A stretch of 64,000 bases of DNA, from positions 13,123,579 to 13,187,578 of the forward strand of contig NC_043026.1 of the NCBI RefSeq assembly GCF_006345805.1, given 5' to 3'. The notes beneath the pieces are model-generated. The model was not told the DNA's origin. It saw only the letters and a list, made by a program, of their open reading frames with translations, and searched no databases. This DNA is from Octopus sinensis. Its lineage: Eukaryota. A program made the translations under genes and the position numbers. Shown here piece after piece: positions 49,068 to 61,174 of the stretch (positions are counted from its first letter, which is position 1; every line of letters begins with the position of its first letter).

Positions 49068-49400
49068 GGAGGCGTAATGGCCCAATGGTTAGGGCAGCAG
49101 ACTCGCTGTCGGAGGATCGTGGTTTCGATCTCTAGACCGGGCGTTGTGAGTGTTTATTGAGCGAAAACACCTAAAGCTCCACACAGCTCCGGCAGGGGGT
49201 GGTGGCGACCCCTGTTGTACTCTTTCGTTCCAACTTTCTCTCACTCTTTCTTCCTGTTTCTTGTCCCCGACTTCCTGCGCAACCACTAAGCCTGGATGCG
49301 CATTCATTCATCCATCCGTCGGTGTTGGGGGTTGACCTGCTTTCTCTTCTACAGGTCTTATGAATAGCAAAGGACCACGTTTCGGACTTCTCCCATCTTG
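49068..49400 (+). mobile_element. tRNA-derived SINE family C
   Basis: Head TGGCCCAATGGTTAGGGCAGCAGACTCGC..GGTTTCGATC with A/B boxes. Related copies at 51.6, 55.9 and 63.2 kb. Confidence 0.8.
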
Positions 49401-49651
49401 CAAGCTCTGGGACGAAGACCGTTCGCTCAACAGCAACAGTAGCACCCACAGCAGTGTATTGGTTGAGAGGACAGCATCCACCTCCAGTCACAAGCTACGG
49501 ATTTTACTTACTAATGTTAACCATTGCAAACATCAGAAAATATTCCATCTGTATCAAGATGTGGGAGCCTATACTGAAGTTTAGGTTATCTACCATTGGA
49601 TGTTTCAGTCATTATACTACAGCCATGCTGGAGCACTGCCTTAAAGGGTTT

Positions 49652-50150
49652 TAAGTTAAGTTAATTTTTTGGCTCAAAAAGCAAAAAGCAAGGCCATGTA
49701 GGGGGACATGGAGTTATGTACAGGGAGTGTGTTCATGTAAAGAGTTCAGGCCACTTGTGGTCAAGAGAGACTTTGAACCGAGCGGTCGTCGGCATCTTCA
49801 CTATCTCGTCCGGCAGCTTATTCCACAGATCCGCAACCCGGACGGAGAAAGCACCTCTCCTTCGATTGAGATGAAATCGTTGCAGATAGAGCTTTTCGGA
49901 GTGAACCCCGCAGCCGACGCTCTGGAGCAGAAGTGAAGAACAGCTCTTTCGAGAGGTTACACTTTCCACTTATGATGTTGTGCGCAAGAATGAGATCACC
50001 ACGGCGGCGGCGTTTTTCTAGAGAATAAAGGTCGAGCGTCTTCAGCCTTTCTTCATAAGACAAATGCTTGAGACCAAGAACCATGCGGGTAGCCAGCTTC
50101 TGGACTCTTTCGAGATGATGTACATCTTTTTTAATTGAATGAATCAATTC
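49652..50150 (-). mobile_element. CR1-clade LINE ORF2 C-terminal fragment + 3' UTR
   Basis: LERVQKLATRMVLGLKHLSYEERLKTLDLYSLEKRRRRGDLI...FSVRVADLWNKLP, (TTAAC)n tail. Confidence 0.9.
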
Positions 50151-50274
50151 CACTATTTATTTTTTCTTAAACTTGATACTAATTCTATTGGTCTTTGTGC
50201 GACAAGCAGTTAAGTTACAGGTATGGAAACAAACCACCACTGCTGAGTAGTGGCAAGAGACAAACAGATATATA

Positions 50275-50658
50275 CTCTTACTTTTTTACTTGTTTCAGTC
50301 ATGTGACTGTGGCCATGCTGGAGCACCGCCTTTAATCGAGCAAATCGACCCGGGACTTTTGTAAGCCCAGTACTTATTCTATCGGTCTCTTTTTTGCCGA
50401 ACGCTAAGTGACAGGGACATAAACACACCAGCATCGGTTGTCAAGCGATGTTGGGGGGGACAAACACAAACATGCACATACATATATATATATATACGAT
50501 GGGCTTCTTTCAGTTTCCATCTACCAAATCCACTCACAAGGCTTTGGTCGGCCTGAGGCTATAGTAGAAGACACTTGCCCAAGGTGCCATGCAGTAGGAC
50601 TGAACTCGGAACCATATTGTTGGTAAGCAAGCTACTTATCACAGCCACTCCTACGCCT
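50275..50658 (-). mobile_element. SINE family A
   Basis: Full-length minus-strand copy. Confidence 0.85.
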
Positions 50659-50786
50659 ATATACATACATATATATAATAATAATATTAGGGAGTATGGC
50701 TCCAAACTTAATTTATTATATTATATTTATCGTTCTTGTTATACTTTTTGGATAAAAAAATATATATATATGTATATTATATACAT

Positions 50787-50953
50787 AGGCGCAGGAGTGG
50801 CTGTGTGGTAAGTAGCTTGTTTACCAACCACATGGTTCCGGGTTCAGTCCCACTGCATGGCACCTTGGGCAAGTGTCTTCTGCTATAGCCTTGGGCTGAC
50901 CAAAGCCTTGTAAGTGGATTTGGTAGACGGAAACTGAAAAGAAGCCCGTCGTA

Positions 50954-50986
<33 letters not shown>

Positions 50987-51165
50987 GCGTTTGTGTGTCT
51001 GTGTTTGTCCCCCTAGCATTGCTTGACAACCGATGCTGGTGTGTTTATGTCCCCGTTACTTAGCGGTTCAGCAAAAGAGACCGATAGAATAAGTCCCAGG
51101 GTCGAGTTATTAAAGGCGGTGCTCCAGCATGGCCACAGCCAAATGACTGAAACAAGTAAAAGAGT
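50787..51165 (+). mobile_element. SINE family A
   Basis: Full-length plus-strand copy starting AGGCGCAGGAGTGG. Confidence 0.85.
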
Positions 51166-51639
51166 ATATAGTATATTTATATTGTTATTTATGCTTTGGT
51201 TTATGTCTATCACTGTTTGAGTTGTCTAATAGTGGTTTTATCTCTAATTCATATTTTATGTATCTATATATATATAAATTTGATTAGAGATTGTGTTAAC
51301 CTCATGAAGGGATGGTTTCATACTGGTTCAATACCTAGTATTTTCGGGGAATGAATTTCCTTAAAATGATAGGTATATATATATAAAAGCATATAATTTA
51401 TATTCAGGTAAAAAGTGTAAACGCATATATATATTTACATACATGTATTGTGTGTGTGCACATGCATGTACATATATGTATATATACGTATATGAGTGGA
51501 CATGTGTGGATGTATGTATGTGTATTATATGCATGTTTCTGTGTGTATGTGTGTGTATGTATATATATATATATATATATATATTTGTACATACAAAATT
51601 TAAAAGACTGACCACTAAAAGTGGACAGTCAACATGCTA

Positions 51640-52027
51640 GATGGAAGCACTCCGTCGGTTACGACGATGAGGGTTCCGGTTGATCCGAATCAATGGAACA
51701 GCCTGCTCGTGAAATTAACGTGTAAGTGGTTGAGCACTCCACAGACATGTGTACCCTTAACGCAGTTCTCGGGGATATTCAGCGCGACACAGAGAGTGAC
51801 AAGGCCGGCCCTTTGAAATACAGGTACAACAGAAACAGGAAGTAAGAGTGAGAGAAAGTTGTGGTGAAAGAGTACAGCAGGGATCACCACCATCCCCTGC
51901 CGGAGCCTCGTGAAGCTTTTAGGTGTTTTCGCTCAATAAACACTCACAACGCCCGGTCTGGGAATCGAAACCGCGATCCTACGACCGCGAGTCTGCTGCC
52001 CTAACCACTGGGCCATTGCGCCTCCAC
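51640..52027 (-). mobile_element. SINE family C, full length
   Basis: Minus-strand head GAGGCGCAATGGCCCAGTGG...GGTTTCGATTCC. Confidence 0.85.
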
Positions 52028-52692
52028 CAACATGCTAGATATAGACGTCAAATCGCTATTTTCCACAAAGAATATGTTCTCAAATAAAAAAACTCAGCAC
52101 AAACCAAAGTATTAAAAATAAGAAAGACAAATGAAAATATACGAAATAAAAACCATTACCCATGTACCGATCAGTTTCGATTGTTAATATCCACGCATAT
52201 GGATACCTGCAATCTCTTCAGCATAGTCTGTCATATAGAAATACAATTTGCAGGACTAGATACAAAACCGTTTGACCGGAGTCTCGTATGCATAGAGTCC
52301 AACCAATTATATTTTTGTGTATCTTTCAAATGCCTTCACTTTGGCGTGCTGAGATCGGAAATCTACCCAGCAGCTAATAAGTAGCAGCAGTCAATTTATA
52401 TATATATAAATTAGGAAAAAAACCACCTTTTATCAATTCAAAATGAACAATTAAATTACACCATCTAGAAAATTACATATAATAGAAATATTAAAATTAA
52501 AATAACAATAATATACCGATGATTAAGTAAATTGCAAAATAATAATAAAAACGTGCTAATGATACTTCCAGTTCAGCGCCTTTGTCCAATAAATAATAAC
52601 CAACAAATACTATAGTAGTAAGATTTTAAATTTATAAGATTCTTTCCTAAAATATGATTTTTATTAAAATAAGATTTAAATTTACATATAAA

Positions 52693-53087
52693 TCTTTATA
52701 TATAAAAGTGAAGTTGTGTGTCTGTCTCCTACGATTTAGATTCCTAACTACTCCCACATTTTGTGGTGCAGTGTAACCAAAAGCGGGTATCTTATAGTCA
52801 TGATTCATATCGAGCCCTTCTGGGTATTAGCGCACGTCTACGATGAGTCTACGATTTAAAAAAAAATTTACCATCATTTTTTCCTATTTTTAATGCATTT
52901 TTTGGCTATTATATAAAGGAAGTAACTCTCTAAAAATGTATTATTAAATCTCAGAACGTAAAAAGCTACAGTAACACCTCCCTTTGTGGTTAGCCATATT
53001 GAGATGGCTATTATACTTTACATCTCTAAAAATGCTTATATAGTTATTTCCCTTACAAACCCGAGCAACGCCGGGTGATACTGCTAG
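52693..53087 (+). mobile_element. Non-autonomous Helitron
   Basis: A|TC start, subterminal hairpin CCCG-AGCAACGC-CGGG, CTAG|T end. Empty paralogous site at about 54,010. Confidence 0.85.
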
Positions 53088-55416
53088 TTTTATAATAAAT
53101 TTTGGTGATAAGATCAAACACGAATTTATCAATGATTTCGTCTTTTGGTGAAACTTAAGAATTGACTCAGAGAAAATGGTAAAATTTCTCAAATAAATTC
53201 TTCACTTTATTAATGTTTTAATTAGGGAATAGTTTTGAAAGATGGCGAGCTAGTAGAATTGTTAGCACATTGGGTAAAAATACTTAGCCACATTTCTTTT
53301 GGCTTTTTACATTCTAAAAAACACCTTTTGGGCCTCACAGAGTCAATGACAAATGACCAAGACCTTTGGCAACATACTGTGTATGTGAAGACTTATCAAG
53401 CCAAGTGAAATTGTAGTCATGACCAATACTGGTATCACACAGCTGGCATTTGTGCTGGTGGCATGTAAAAGCACCCATGACACTCTCTGATGAATTCTGC
53501 ATTAGGAAGGGCATCCAGTCGTAGAAACCATGCCAAATCAGATTGGAACCTGGTGCAGCCCCTCAGCTTACCAGCCCTGGTCAAACCATCCAACCCATGC
53601 CAGCATGGATAAGCTGTTCAAGAATTTGGACCTGGAGATCTCCATTTCCAGTGACTTCGAGGGCCACCTCCCAGTCGTGTCGGGTGTCAACGAAGAGCCC
53701 TGGACTACAACAAGATGACCAAAGTTTTTTGGGTTTTTTTCCAAAGTCTGGGGTCTCCCGCCCCTAAGCCCTAGACCATCACTTAATCAACCTTACCCAT
53801 CTTGTTGCTTAACAACAGCATGGATAATAGACATGAAATGATGAGGATGCGGATGATGCTGGTATGTGTACAGTGCTGAAACAATTTTGCAATAAACAAT
53901 AACCAATAAATATTACAGGAGCAGTAGTAAGATTTTAAATTTAAAATTTATAAGATTTTTTTTCCTAAAATATGATTTTTATTAAATTAAGATTTAAATT
54001 TACATATAAATTTTATGATAAATTTTGGTGATAAGATCAAACACGAATTTATCAATGATTTCGTCTTTTGGTGAAACTTAAGAATTGACTCAGAGAAAAT
54101 GGTACAGGAGCAGTTGTAAGATTTTTAATTTAAAATTTATAAAATTTTTTCCTAAAATATGATTTTTATTAAATTAAGATTTAAATTTACATATCAATTG
54201 GATAATGGACATGAAATGATGAGGAGGATGATGTTGGTATGTTTACAGTGCTGAAACAATTTTGCAATTAGTCATTTTCACTGTCCAATAAATAATAACC
54301 AATAAATATTACAGGAGCAGTTGTAAGATTTTTAATTTAAAATTTATAAAATTTTTTCCTAAAATATGATTTTTATTAAAATAAGATTTAAATTTACATA
54401 TAAACTTTATAACAAATTTTGGTGATAAGATCAAAGATGAATTTCTCAATGATTTCTTCTTTTGGTGAAACTTATGAATTCCCATAAGTGGTAAAATTTC
54501 TCAAATGAATTTTGCACTTAATTAAAGTTTTAATTAGTGAACAGTTTTGAAAGATTTTGAGCTGGCAAAAATTGTTAGTACATTGGAGAAAAATACTTAG
54601 TCATATTTCTTCTGAGTTCAAATTCTGCTGATGGGGACTTTGCCTTCTATCCTTTTGGGATCGATAAAATAAAGTACCGTCAAGTACTGGGGTTTATGTA
54701 ATCAACTTTCAACTTGCCGCCACCCTTCAAAATTGCTGGCTTTGTGCAAAAATTAGAAAGGATTATTAAATTCTTTTGTCCTTCAACATAATCTGGGAAG
54801 CTTAAAGAAGGTGGTCATGCGTGTATATACATATATATTTCTTTACTACCCACAAGGGGCTAAACATAGAGGGGACAGACAAGGACAGACAAAGGGATTA
54901 AGTCGATTACATCGACCCCAGTGCGTAACTAACATCAGTTTTCTATGCTTGCATGGCTCAAACTGTTTGACAGAACTGGTAAGCCAGGGAGCAGCACCAG
55001 GTTCCAATCTGATTTGGCATGGTCGCCATGGATGGATGCCCTTCCTAATGCCAGCCACTCCAAGACAGGTGTTTTTTTATGTACCACCAGCATTAGCCAC
55101 AACTCACTTGGCTTGACAGGTCTTGAGGCTGCATGGCCTAGTGGTTAGAGTTTTGCATTCAGAACTGCATGATCGTGGTTTCAATTCCTCCAACAAGTGG
55201 TATGTTTGGTTTTTGAGCAAAATACTTCATCTCAAGTTGTTCTATAATCACATCAAGACCTGACATGTGGTACACCATGCACCTCATCTTGCAATGCCAA
55301 TTTGATGGATGGAATGAGCTTATGCACAGCGAATATATTGGATCAGTGTAAACAAGGTATTTGAGCAGGTTGTTTGGCAAGAAACTGCAGAACCGTCTTT
55401 CTTGGACTACAACAGG

Positions 55417-55452
<36 letters not shown>

Positions 55453-55757
55453 TACAAAATTAGAAAATGGAGAAACATACTTAAATCAATAAAACATCAA
55501 CTATCAGATGATACCCAATCAATACTTTATTACACCATTACATATCAGTAAAGGCATTATACAAAATATACAGTAAATGTAAATAGACAAAGAGATATAA
55601 GTATAAAATTTCAAATATAATATGTAATTAAATCATATCTGACAGCTGTTTCGGCAGCAAGGGCAGTCATACCTCATTTAACCTATAAGCCATAAAGGCA
55701 GGTATAAATGAGGCATTAACAAGGATGCCCCACGGCCTCTTCAGAGAATTAAATTTG

Positions 55758-55791
<34 letters not shown>

Positions 55792-55855
55792 GTACATTTG
55801 AATATATGTATATATATACGTACATTTGAATATATATATGTATATATATATATGT

Positions 55856-56340
55856 GGAGGCACATGGCCTAGTGGTTAGAGCAGCAGACTCGCGGTCGAA
55901 TCTTAGACCGGACGATGTGTGTGCTTATGAGCGAAGCACCTAAGCTCTACGCAGCTCCAGCAGAAGATAATGGTGAACTTCTGCTGACTCTTTCGCCACA
56001 ACTTTTGCTCTTTCCTCTTGCAACTCACCAGCGTCCTGTCCAGGTGGGGAACCTATACGCGAAGGAAACCGGCCCTATGAACCAGGCGTGGCTCAAGAAA
56101 GAACAAACATAGATATATATATATTTCTTTATTGCCCACAAGGGGCTAAACATAGACGGGACAAGCAAGGACAGACAAAGGGATTAAGTCGATTATATCG
56201 ACCCCAGTGCGTAACTGGTACTTTATTTATCGACCCGGAAAGGATGAAAGGCAAAGTCGACCTCGGCAGAATTTGAACTCAGAACGCAGTGGCAGACGAA
56301 ATACCGCTAAGCATTTCACCCAGCGTGCTAACGTTTCTGC
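55856..56340. mobile_element. SINE C (+) followed by SINE B (-)
   Basis: Sequence matches to the families above. Confidence 0.8.
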
Positions 56341-56657
56341 ACTCTGTTAGTTATGATGACAATTGTTCCAGTTGGTCCAATCAACGGAACAGCCTGCTTG
56401 TGAAATTAACATGCAAGTGGCTGAGAACTCCACAGACACGTGTACCCATAACATAGTTCTCAGGGAGGTCCAGTGTGATACAGAATATGACATGGTTGGC
56501 CCCCTTTGAATTACAAGTACAACTCATTTTTGCCAGCTGAGTGCACTGGAGTAACATCAAATAAAGTGTCTTGCTCAGTCAAATGGTTTTTCTCTAATAC
56601 GATTTCTTTTGTAATAATAAATCTCTGAACGAGGTATAAACAGTAACTGCATGACAA

Positions 56658-56814
56658 TGTAAGGTATACTTGCCATCTCAATATGGCTAACCACTAAGGG
56701 TGGGTGTTACTGTAGCTTGTAGCCCCAGGAGAACGTCGTCTCCAGCTGGCTACAAGCTACAGTAACACCCACCCTTAGTGGTTAGCCATATTGAGATGGC
56801 TAGTATACCTCACA
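56658..56814. repeat. Hairpin: 53-bp perfect inverted repeat with 23-nt loop
   Basis: 56,672-56,724 is the exact reverse complement of 56,748-56,800. Extends about 13 bp further past mismatches. Confidence 0.9.
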
Positions 56815-56879
56815 GATTTCTTTTGGGTTCTGAGACAATATTTTACAACAAAAAGATTTTCACCTGATTGTAGATAAAA

Positions 56880-57620
56880 AGAGAATTCCACATACATTTC
56901 CAACAATTTCACAGTGAAACTTCTTTATCCAGTGTGTTTTTTATTATGAATTACAAAACGAGACATCAGTGAATGATTTCCTGATAAGGTTTTTCGGATC
57001 TTTTCCTTTTGAACGGCAGACAATTTCTAGTTAACTAAACACTTTAAAACTTTGTATACTGGTAGAATGTGTCAAAAGAAAGCATTTTTTTCTCTTGGCT
57101 TTCTTGAGAAAATTGTAATTTGTTTGTTTATAGTAGTTTAATTTTTCGAATTTTAACCAATCCTATGCTCTCTTTTGAGCTAAAATCATTTGCTGCGTCT
57201 AAAACTGAGACAACATCCTGTAACTAACCCTAAATTTTTTTTTAATTGTTAATGCCGAAATGCTCGGATTTTCAGACGAAATATCTTACAAACTATAGAA
57301 TTTTCTCAATAAAACCAAGAGAAAAAGATGTTTTAGGTATTACATCGTATACGATGAAATAGGTATTACATCGTATTCCTGGAAGCCGGATTAAGAAGTC
57401 TGATGTTGTATTTATCAGGGGTCGGGTACAATTGAAGATGTTTCTGACTGTATTAAACACATTCAACCAGTATACGAAGTTCAAAACTTTTTAGTTACCT
57501 AGAAATTATGTTACAAAATGCCGTTCAAAAGGAAAAGATCCAGTTTCTCTCCAGCGTGGGCTATATTTGTGAACTGCAAGAATTGAAGTGTCAGAAAACG
57601 TTTTCCCTCCACATTAATAC
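56880..57620 (-). pseudogene. Decayed zinc-finger repeats beyond the ZNF2 stop, split by a MITE
   Basis: Minus strand reads CGGKTFSDTSILAVHKY.(frameshift).HAGEK, then the MITE, then EKPY..GKSF..HTG. Confidence 0.6.
56996..57541. mobile_element. GGATCTTTTC-family MITE
   Basis: TIR GGATCTTTTCCTTTTGAACGGCA. Degenerate 8-bp TSD GGTTTTTC/AGTTTCTC. Internal insert of about 120 bp. Confidence 0.8.
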
Positions 57621-58361
57621 TCAGTCAAACGGTTTCTCTCCAAAATGTATCTTTTTGTGCATCACAAGATTTGGATTCTGAGTGAAAGACTTGCCGCAAA
57701 TATCACAATGAAAGGGTCTTTCACCCGTGTGAGTACGATTGTGGATAACAAGACCAGAATTCCGTGTAAAAGATTTACCACATATTTCACAACGATAAGG
57801 TTTTTCGCCAGTGTGAAGTCTTCCATGTTTTTTCAATTCACCATTACTACTAAAAGATTTTCCGCATATTTCACAACGATATGGTTTTTCCCCCGTGTGA
57901 ATCCGTTTATGCCTCGTTAAGTCACTGTTATTTACAAACGATTTACCGCAAATTTGACAAAAATTGGGCCGTTCTCCCGTATGCATTCGCTTGTGAACCA
58001 CAACGTTAGAATTACTAGAAAATGATTTACCGCAAATTTCACAGTGATATGGCTTTTCGCCCGTGTGGATTCGTTGATGTCGTTTTAAGTGATCGTTGGT
58101 GATAAAAGATTTCCCGCATATTTCACAACGATGAGGTTTATCCCCGCTATGTATCCGTTTGTGTTTTGTTAAATTACTGTTAGAAACAAAAAACTTCAAA
58201 CATATTTCACAGTGAAACGGTTTTTCTCCGGTGTGAGTACGTCTGTGAATAACAAGATTTGATTTGTGAGTAAAAAACTTCCCACAGATTTGACACTGGA
58301 GCACTTTTTCTCTAGTCTGTACTTTTTTGGGCCTGTTCAGATTACTATTTATAACAGACAT
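57621..58361 (-). CDS. C2H2 zinc-finger protein 2, 8 tandem fingers, 246 aa
   Basis: ATG at 58,361. Eight CxxC-12-HxxxH fingers with TGEKP-type linkers. Ends mid-linker (FGEKPFD*). Confidence 0.88.
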   Translation of the reverse strand: MSVINSNLNRPKKVQTREKVLQCQICGKFFTHKSNLVIHRRTHTGEKPFHCEICLKFFVSNSNLTKHKRIHSGDKPHRCEICGKSFITNDHLKRHQRIHTGEKPYHCEICGKSFSSNSNVVVHKRMHTGERPNFCQICGKSFVNNSDLTRHKRIHTGEKPYRCEICGKSFSSNGELKKHGRLHTGEKPYRCEICGKSFTRNSGLVIHNRTHTGERPFHCDICGKSFTQNPNLVMHKKIHFGEKPFD

Positions 58362-59719
58362 TTCTCAACTTTTAATCAGCTCCTCGATAATTAATATAAA
58401 ATACATTAATCACTTGGACACTTCTAACACAACTGAGTTTTTTTTTTTTAACCATGTAGATACAGTTATAGGGACAATCGGTGGTGAAAGCCTTCATCTA
58501 TTTATAACAGACATTTCTCAACTTTTAAACAGCTCCTCGATAATTAATATAAAATACATTAATCACTTGGACACTTCTAACACAACTGAGTTTGTTTTTT
58601 TAGCCCCTTGTGAGTAGTAAAGAAATAGGTATTACATCGTATTCCTGGAAGCCGGATTAAGAAGTCTGATGTTGTATTTATCAGGGGTCGGGTACAATTG
58701 AAGATGTCTCTGACTGCATTAAATGTTTACAAAAACAAAGCAGAGAGAGAGAGGGCCATAAATAATAGGTAGCAGAAGTCCTGAGAAAACAGGAATTTCT
58801 GTAACGGGACGATAGCGCAGGAGTAAGGCAAATGAAAGACACAGAGGTACAGGACGGATGTTAGGGGGTGAATGCGTAGGATATAAATATCGATATGTCT
58901 GTGTGTGGGTAATGTGGCTTGAATAGTTCGCAATTGTTTACCACGGATGGAGAAAAGTTCAGAATGAATTCTGTTAATTGCAATCCACATAAGGTGAAGG
59001 CAGTGCGTGATATAACAAAGTTTGTGATGAAGTAAAGTATTTAATCATGAAGGTAATGGAAAACCAACCCTGAAACATGTATGTAACCGTATGTTATCCA
59101 CAAGCACCAACGTTCACCTTGACAAGAGATGATTACTAAATATTCCTTAATTAACTTGTGTGAACTAATTTTCTCGCACCAAGTAGACGGTGTCATTCAC
59201 AATTTTTTCCCACCTTCAATGACATCGGTGTCATAAGTTAAAAGTGTCCATAAAAATTTAATACAGTCAGAAACATCTTCAATTGTACCCGACCCTTGAT
59301 AAATACAACACCAGACTTCTTAATCCGGCTTCCAGGAATACGATGTAATACCTATTTCTTTATTGCCCTCAGTGGGCTAAACATAGAGGGGACAAACAAG
59401 GACAGACAAACGGATTAAACCGATTATATCGACCTCAGAGCGTGACTGGTACTTATTTAATCGACCCCCGAAAGGATGAAAGGTAAAGTCGACCGCGGCG
59501 GAATTTGAACTCAGAACGTAACGGCAGGCGAAATACGGCTTTTGACGATTCTCACTTATTTCCAGTTAAAAGCAAACCCATTGATAAGCTCATCCGTAAT
59601 GAATATATAATACTTTATACTTCGATTAATATACCCACGCTGTTGATAAATATATGCTAGTGCATATTTTTTCTACCTTATGGATCACACACACACACAA
59701 TTTCTTGCAAAAAATAAAT

Positions 59720-60358
59720 TCAAAGCATATTTATCGACCCCGAAAAGATGAAAGGCAAAGTCGACCTCGGCGGAATTTGAACTCAGAAAGTAACGGCAGA
59801 CGAAATGCCTATTTCTTTACTACCCACAAGGGGCTAAACACAGAGGGGGGCAAACAAGGACAGACGTAGGTATTAAGTCGATTACATCGACCCCAGTGCG
59901 AAACTGGTACTTTATTTAATCGACCCCCGAAAGGATGAAAGGCAAAGTCGACCTCAGCGGAATTTGAACTCGGAACGTAACGGCAGACGAAATACCTATT
60001 TCTTTACTACCCACAAGGGGCTAAACACAAAGGGGACAAACAAGGACAGACGTAGGTATTAAGTCGATTACATCGACCCCAGTGCGAAACTGGTACTTTA
60101 TTTAATCGACCCCCGAAAGGATGAAAGGCATGGTCGACCTCGGCGGAATTTGAACTCGGAAAGGTATCGGCAGACGAAATACCTATTTCTTTACTACCCA
60201 CAAGGGGCTAAACACAAAGGGGACAAACAAGGACAGACGTAGGTATTAAGTCGATTACATCGACCCCAGTGCGAAACTGGTACTTTATTTAATCGACCCC
60301 CGAAAGGATGAAAGGCATGGTCGACCTCGGCGGAATTTGAACTCGGAAAGGTAACGGC
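59720..60358 (-). mobile_element. SINE family B head-truncated tandem array (about 3.5 units, roughly 185-190 bp period)
   Basis: Junction GAAAT(A/G)CCTATTTC at about 59,805, 59,990 and 60,178. Confidence 0.85.
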
Positions 60359-60405
60359 ACGTCCAAATATAGAAATATAGATATATGCACATCCAAAAAT
60401 GAAAC

Positions 60406-60553
60406 TGACGTCAGTACGCATGCGTAGTTAGAGAAAGATTTTCACGTCCGCTTTCATATCCACCTTTGCTTAATTCGTTGTCTTTTCTTCGATATTTCTC
60501 ATCTCCCTGTCACAGTCCGACACTCTTGTACTTCATAAAACATTTCCGTAAGT
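60406..60553 (+). promoter_or_regulatory. Candidate promoter / non-coding first exon of ZNF3
   Basis: TGACGTCA (60,406-13) abutting palindrome TACGCATGCGTA (60,415-26). GTAAGT donor at 60,548 and matching acceptor TTATTTCAG ending 62,168. Confidence 0.45.
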
Positions 60554-60742
60554 ATTCTATAACGAAACTATTATATCTGTTAATACTGGGTGTTTTCGTC
60601 GGCATTAAATGATTCCCTGATATCGACATTGTACCCTCGGCGAAGGTAAAACGAGTGGAGATCGCCACCCTTCTACCGCTTTCGTTTTTTTTTCCTTTTT
60701 TTCAATATTTTCTTCGGATTTCTTTATACGGGAATACGATTT

Positions 60743-61174
60743 GGCGATCTTTCGTCTCTAATAGACCTTTCCGTCGATTTCCGTAAAAATTTTTTTTTTT
60801 TTACATATGGGCTTGCGGGAACTTTTGAAGTAATATACATACATATACACATACACCGAGTAAAAAATTTCAGTTATCTCTTTCTTTCACACATTACTCT
60901 CTCTGTCTCTTCACACACACTAACAGAAGCACTTCACTTACACAACATACTGTCCGTCTCCCACACCCCATCAAACACACACACACACACATGTACATCA
61001 ATGCTTCACATGCACGGTAACTTCAAAAGAACTTCCTTCGTCATACAAATCGCTTTCTCTTAGCCTCTTTCGCTCTCATTACTTCAAAAGTTCCCGCAAG
61101 CCCATATGTAAAAAAAAAAAAAAAATTTTTTTACGGAAATCGACGGAAAGGTCTACTAGAGACGAAAGATTGCC
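60743..61174. mobile_element. MITE, GGCRATCTTTCG family
   Basis: Near-identical to 38,624-39,058. Flanked by a 28-bp direct repeat. Confidence 0.85.
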
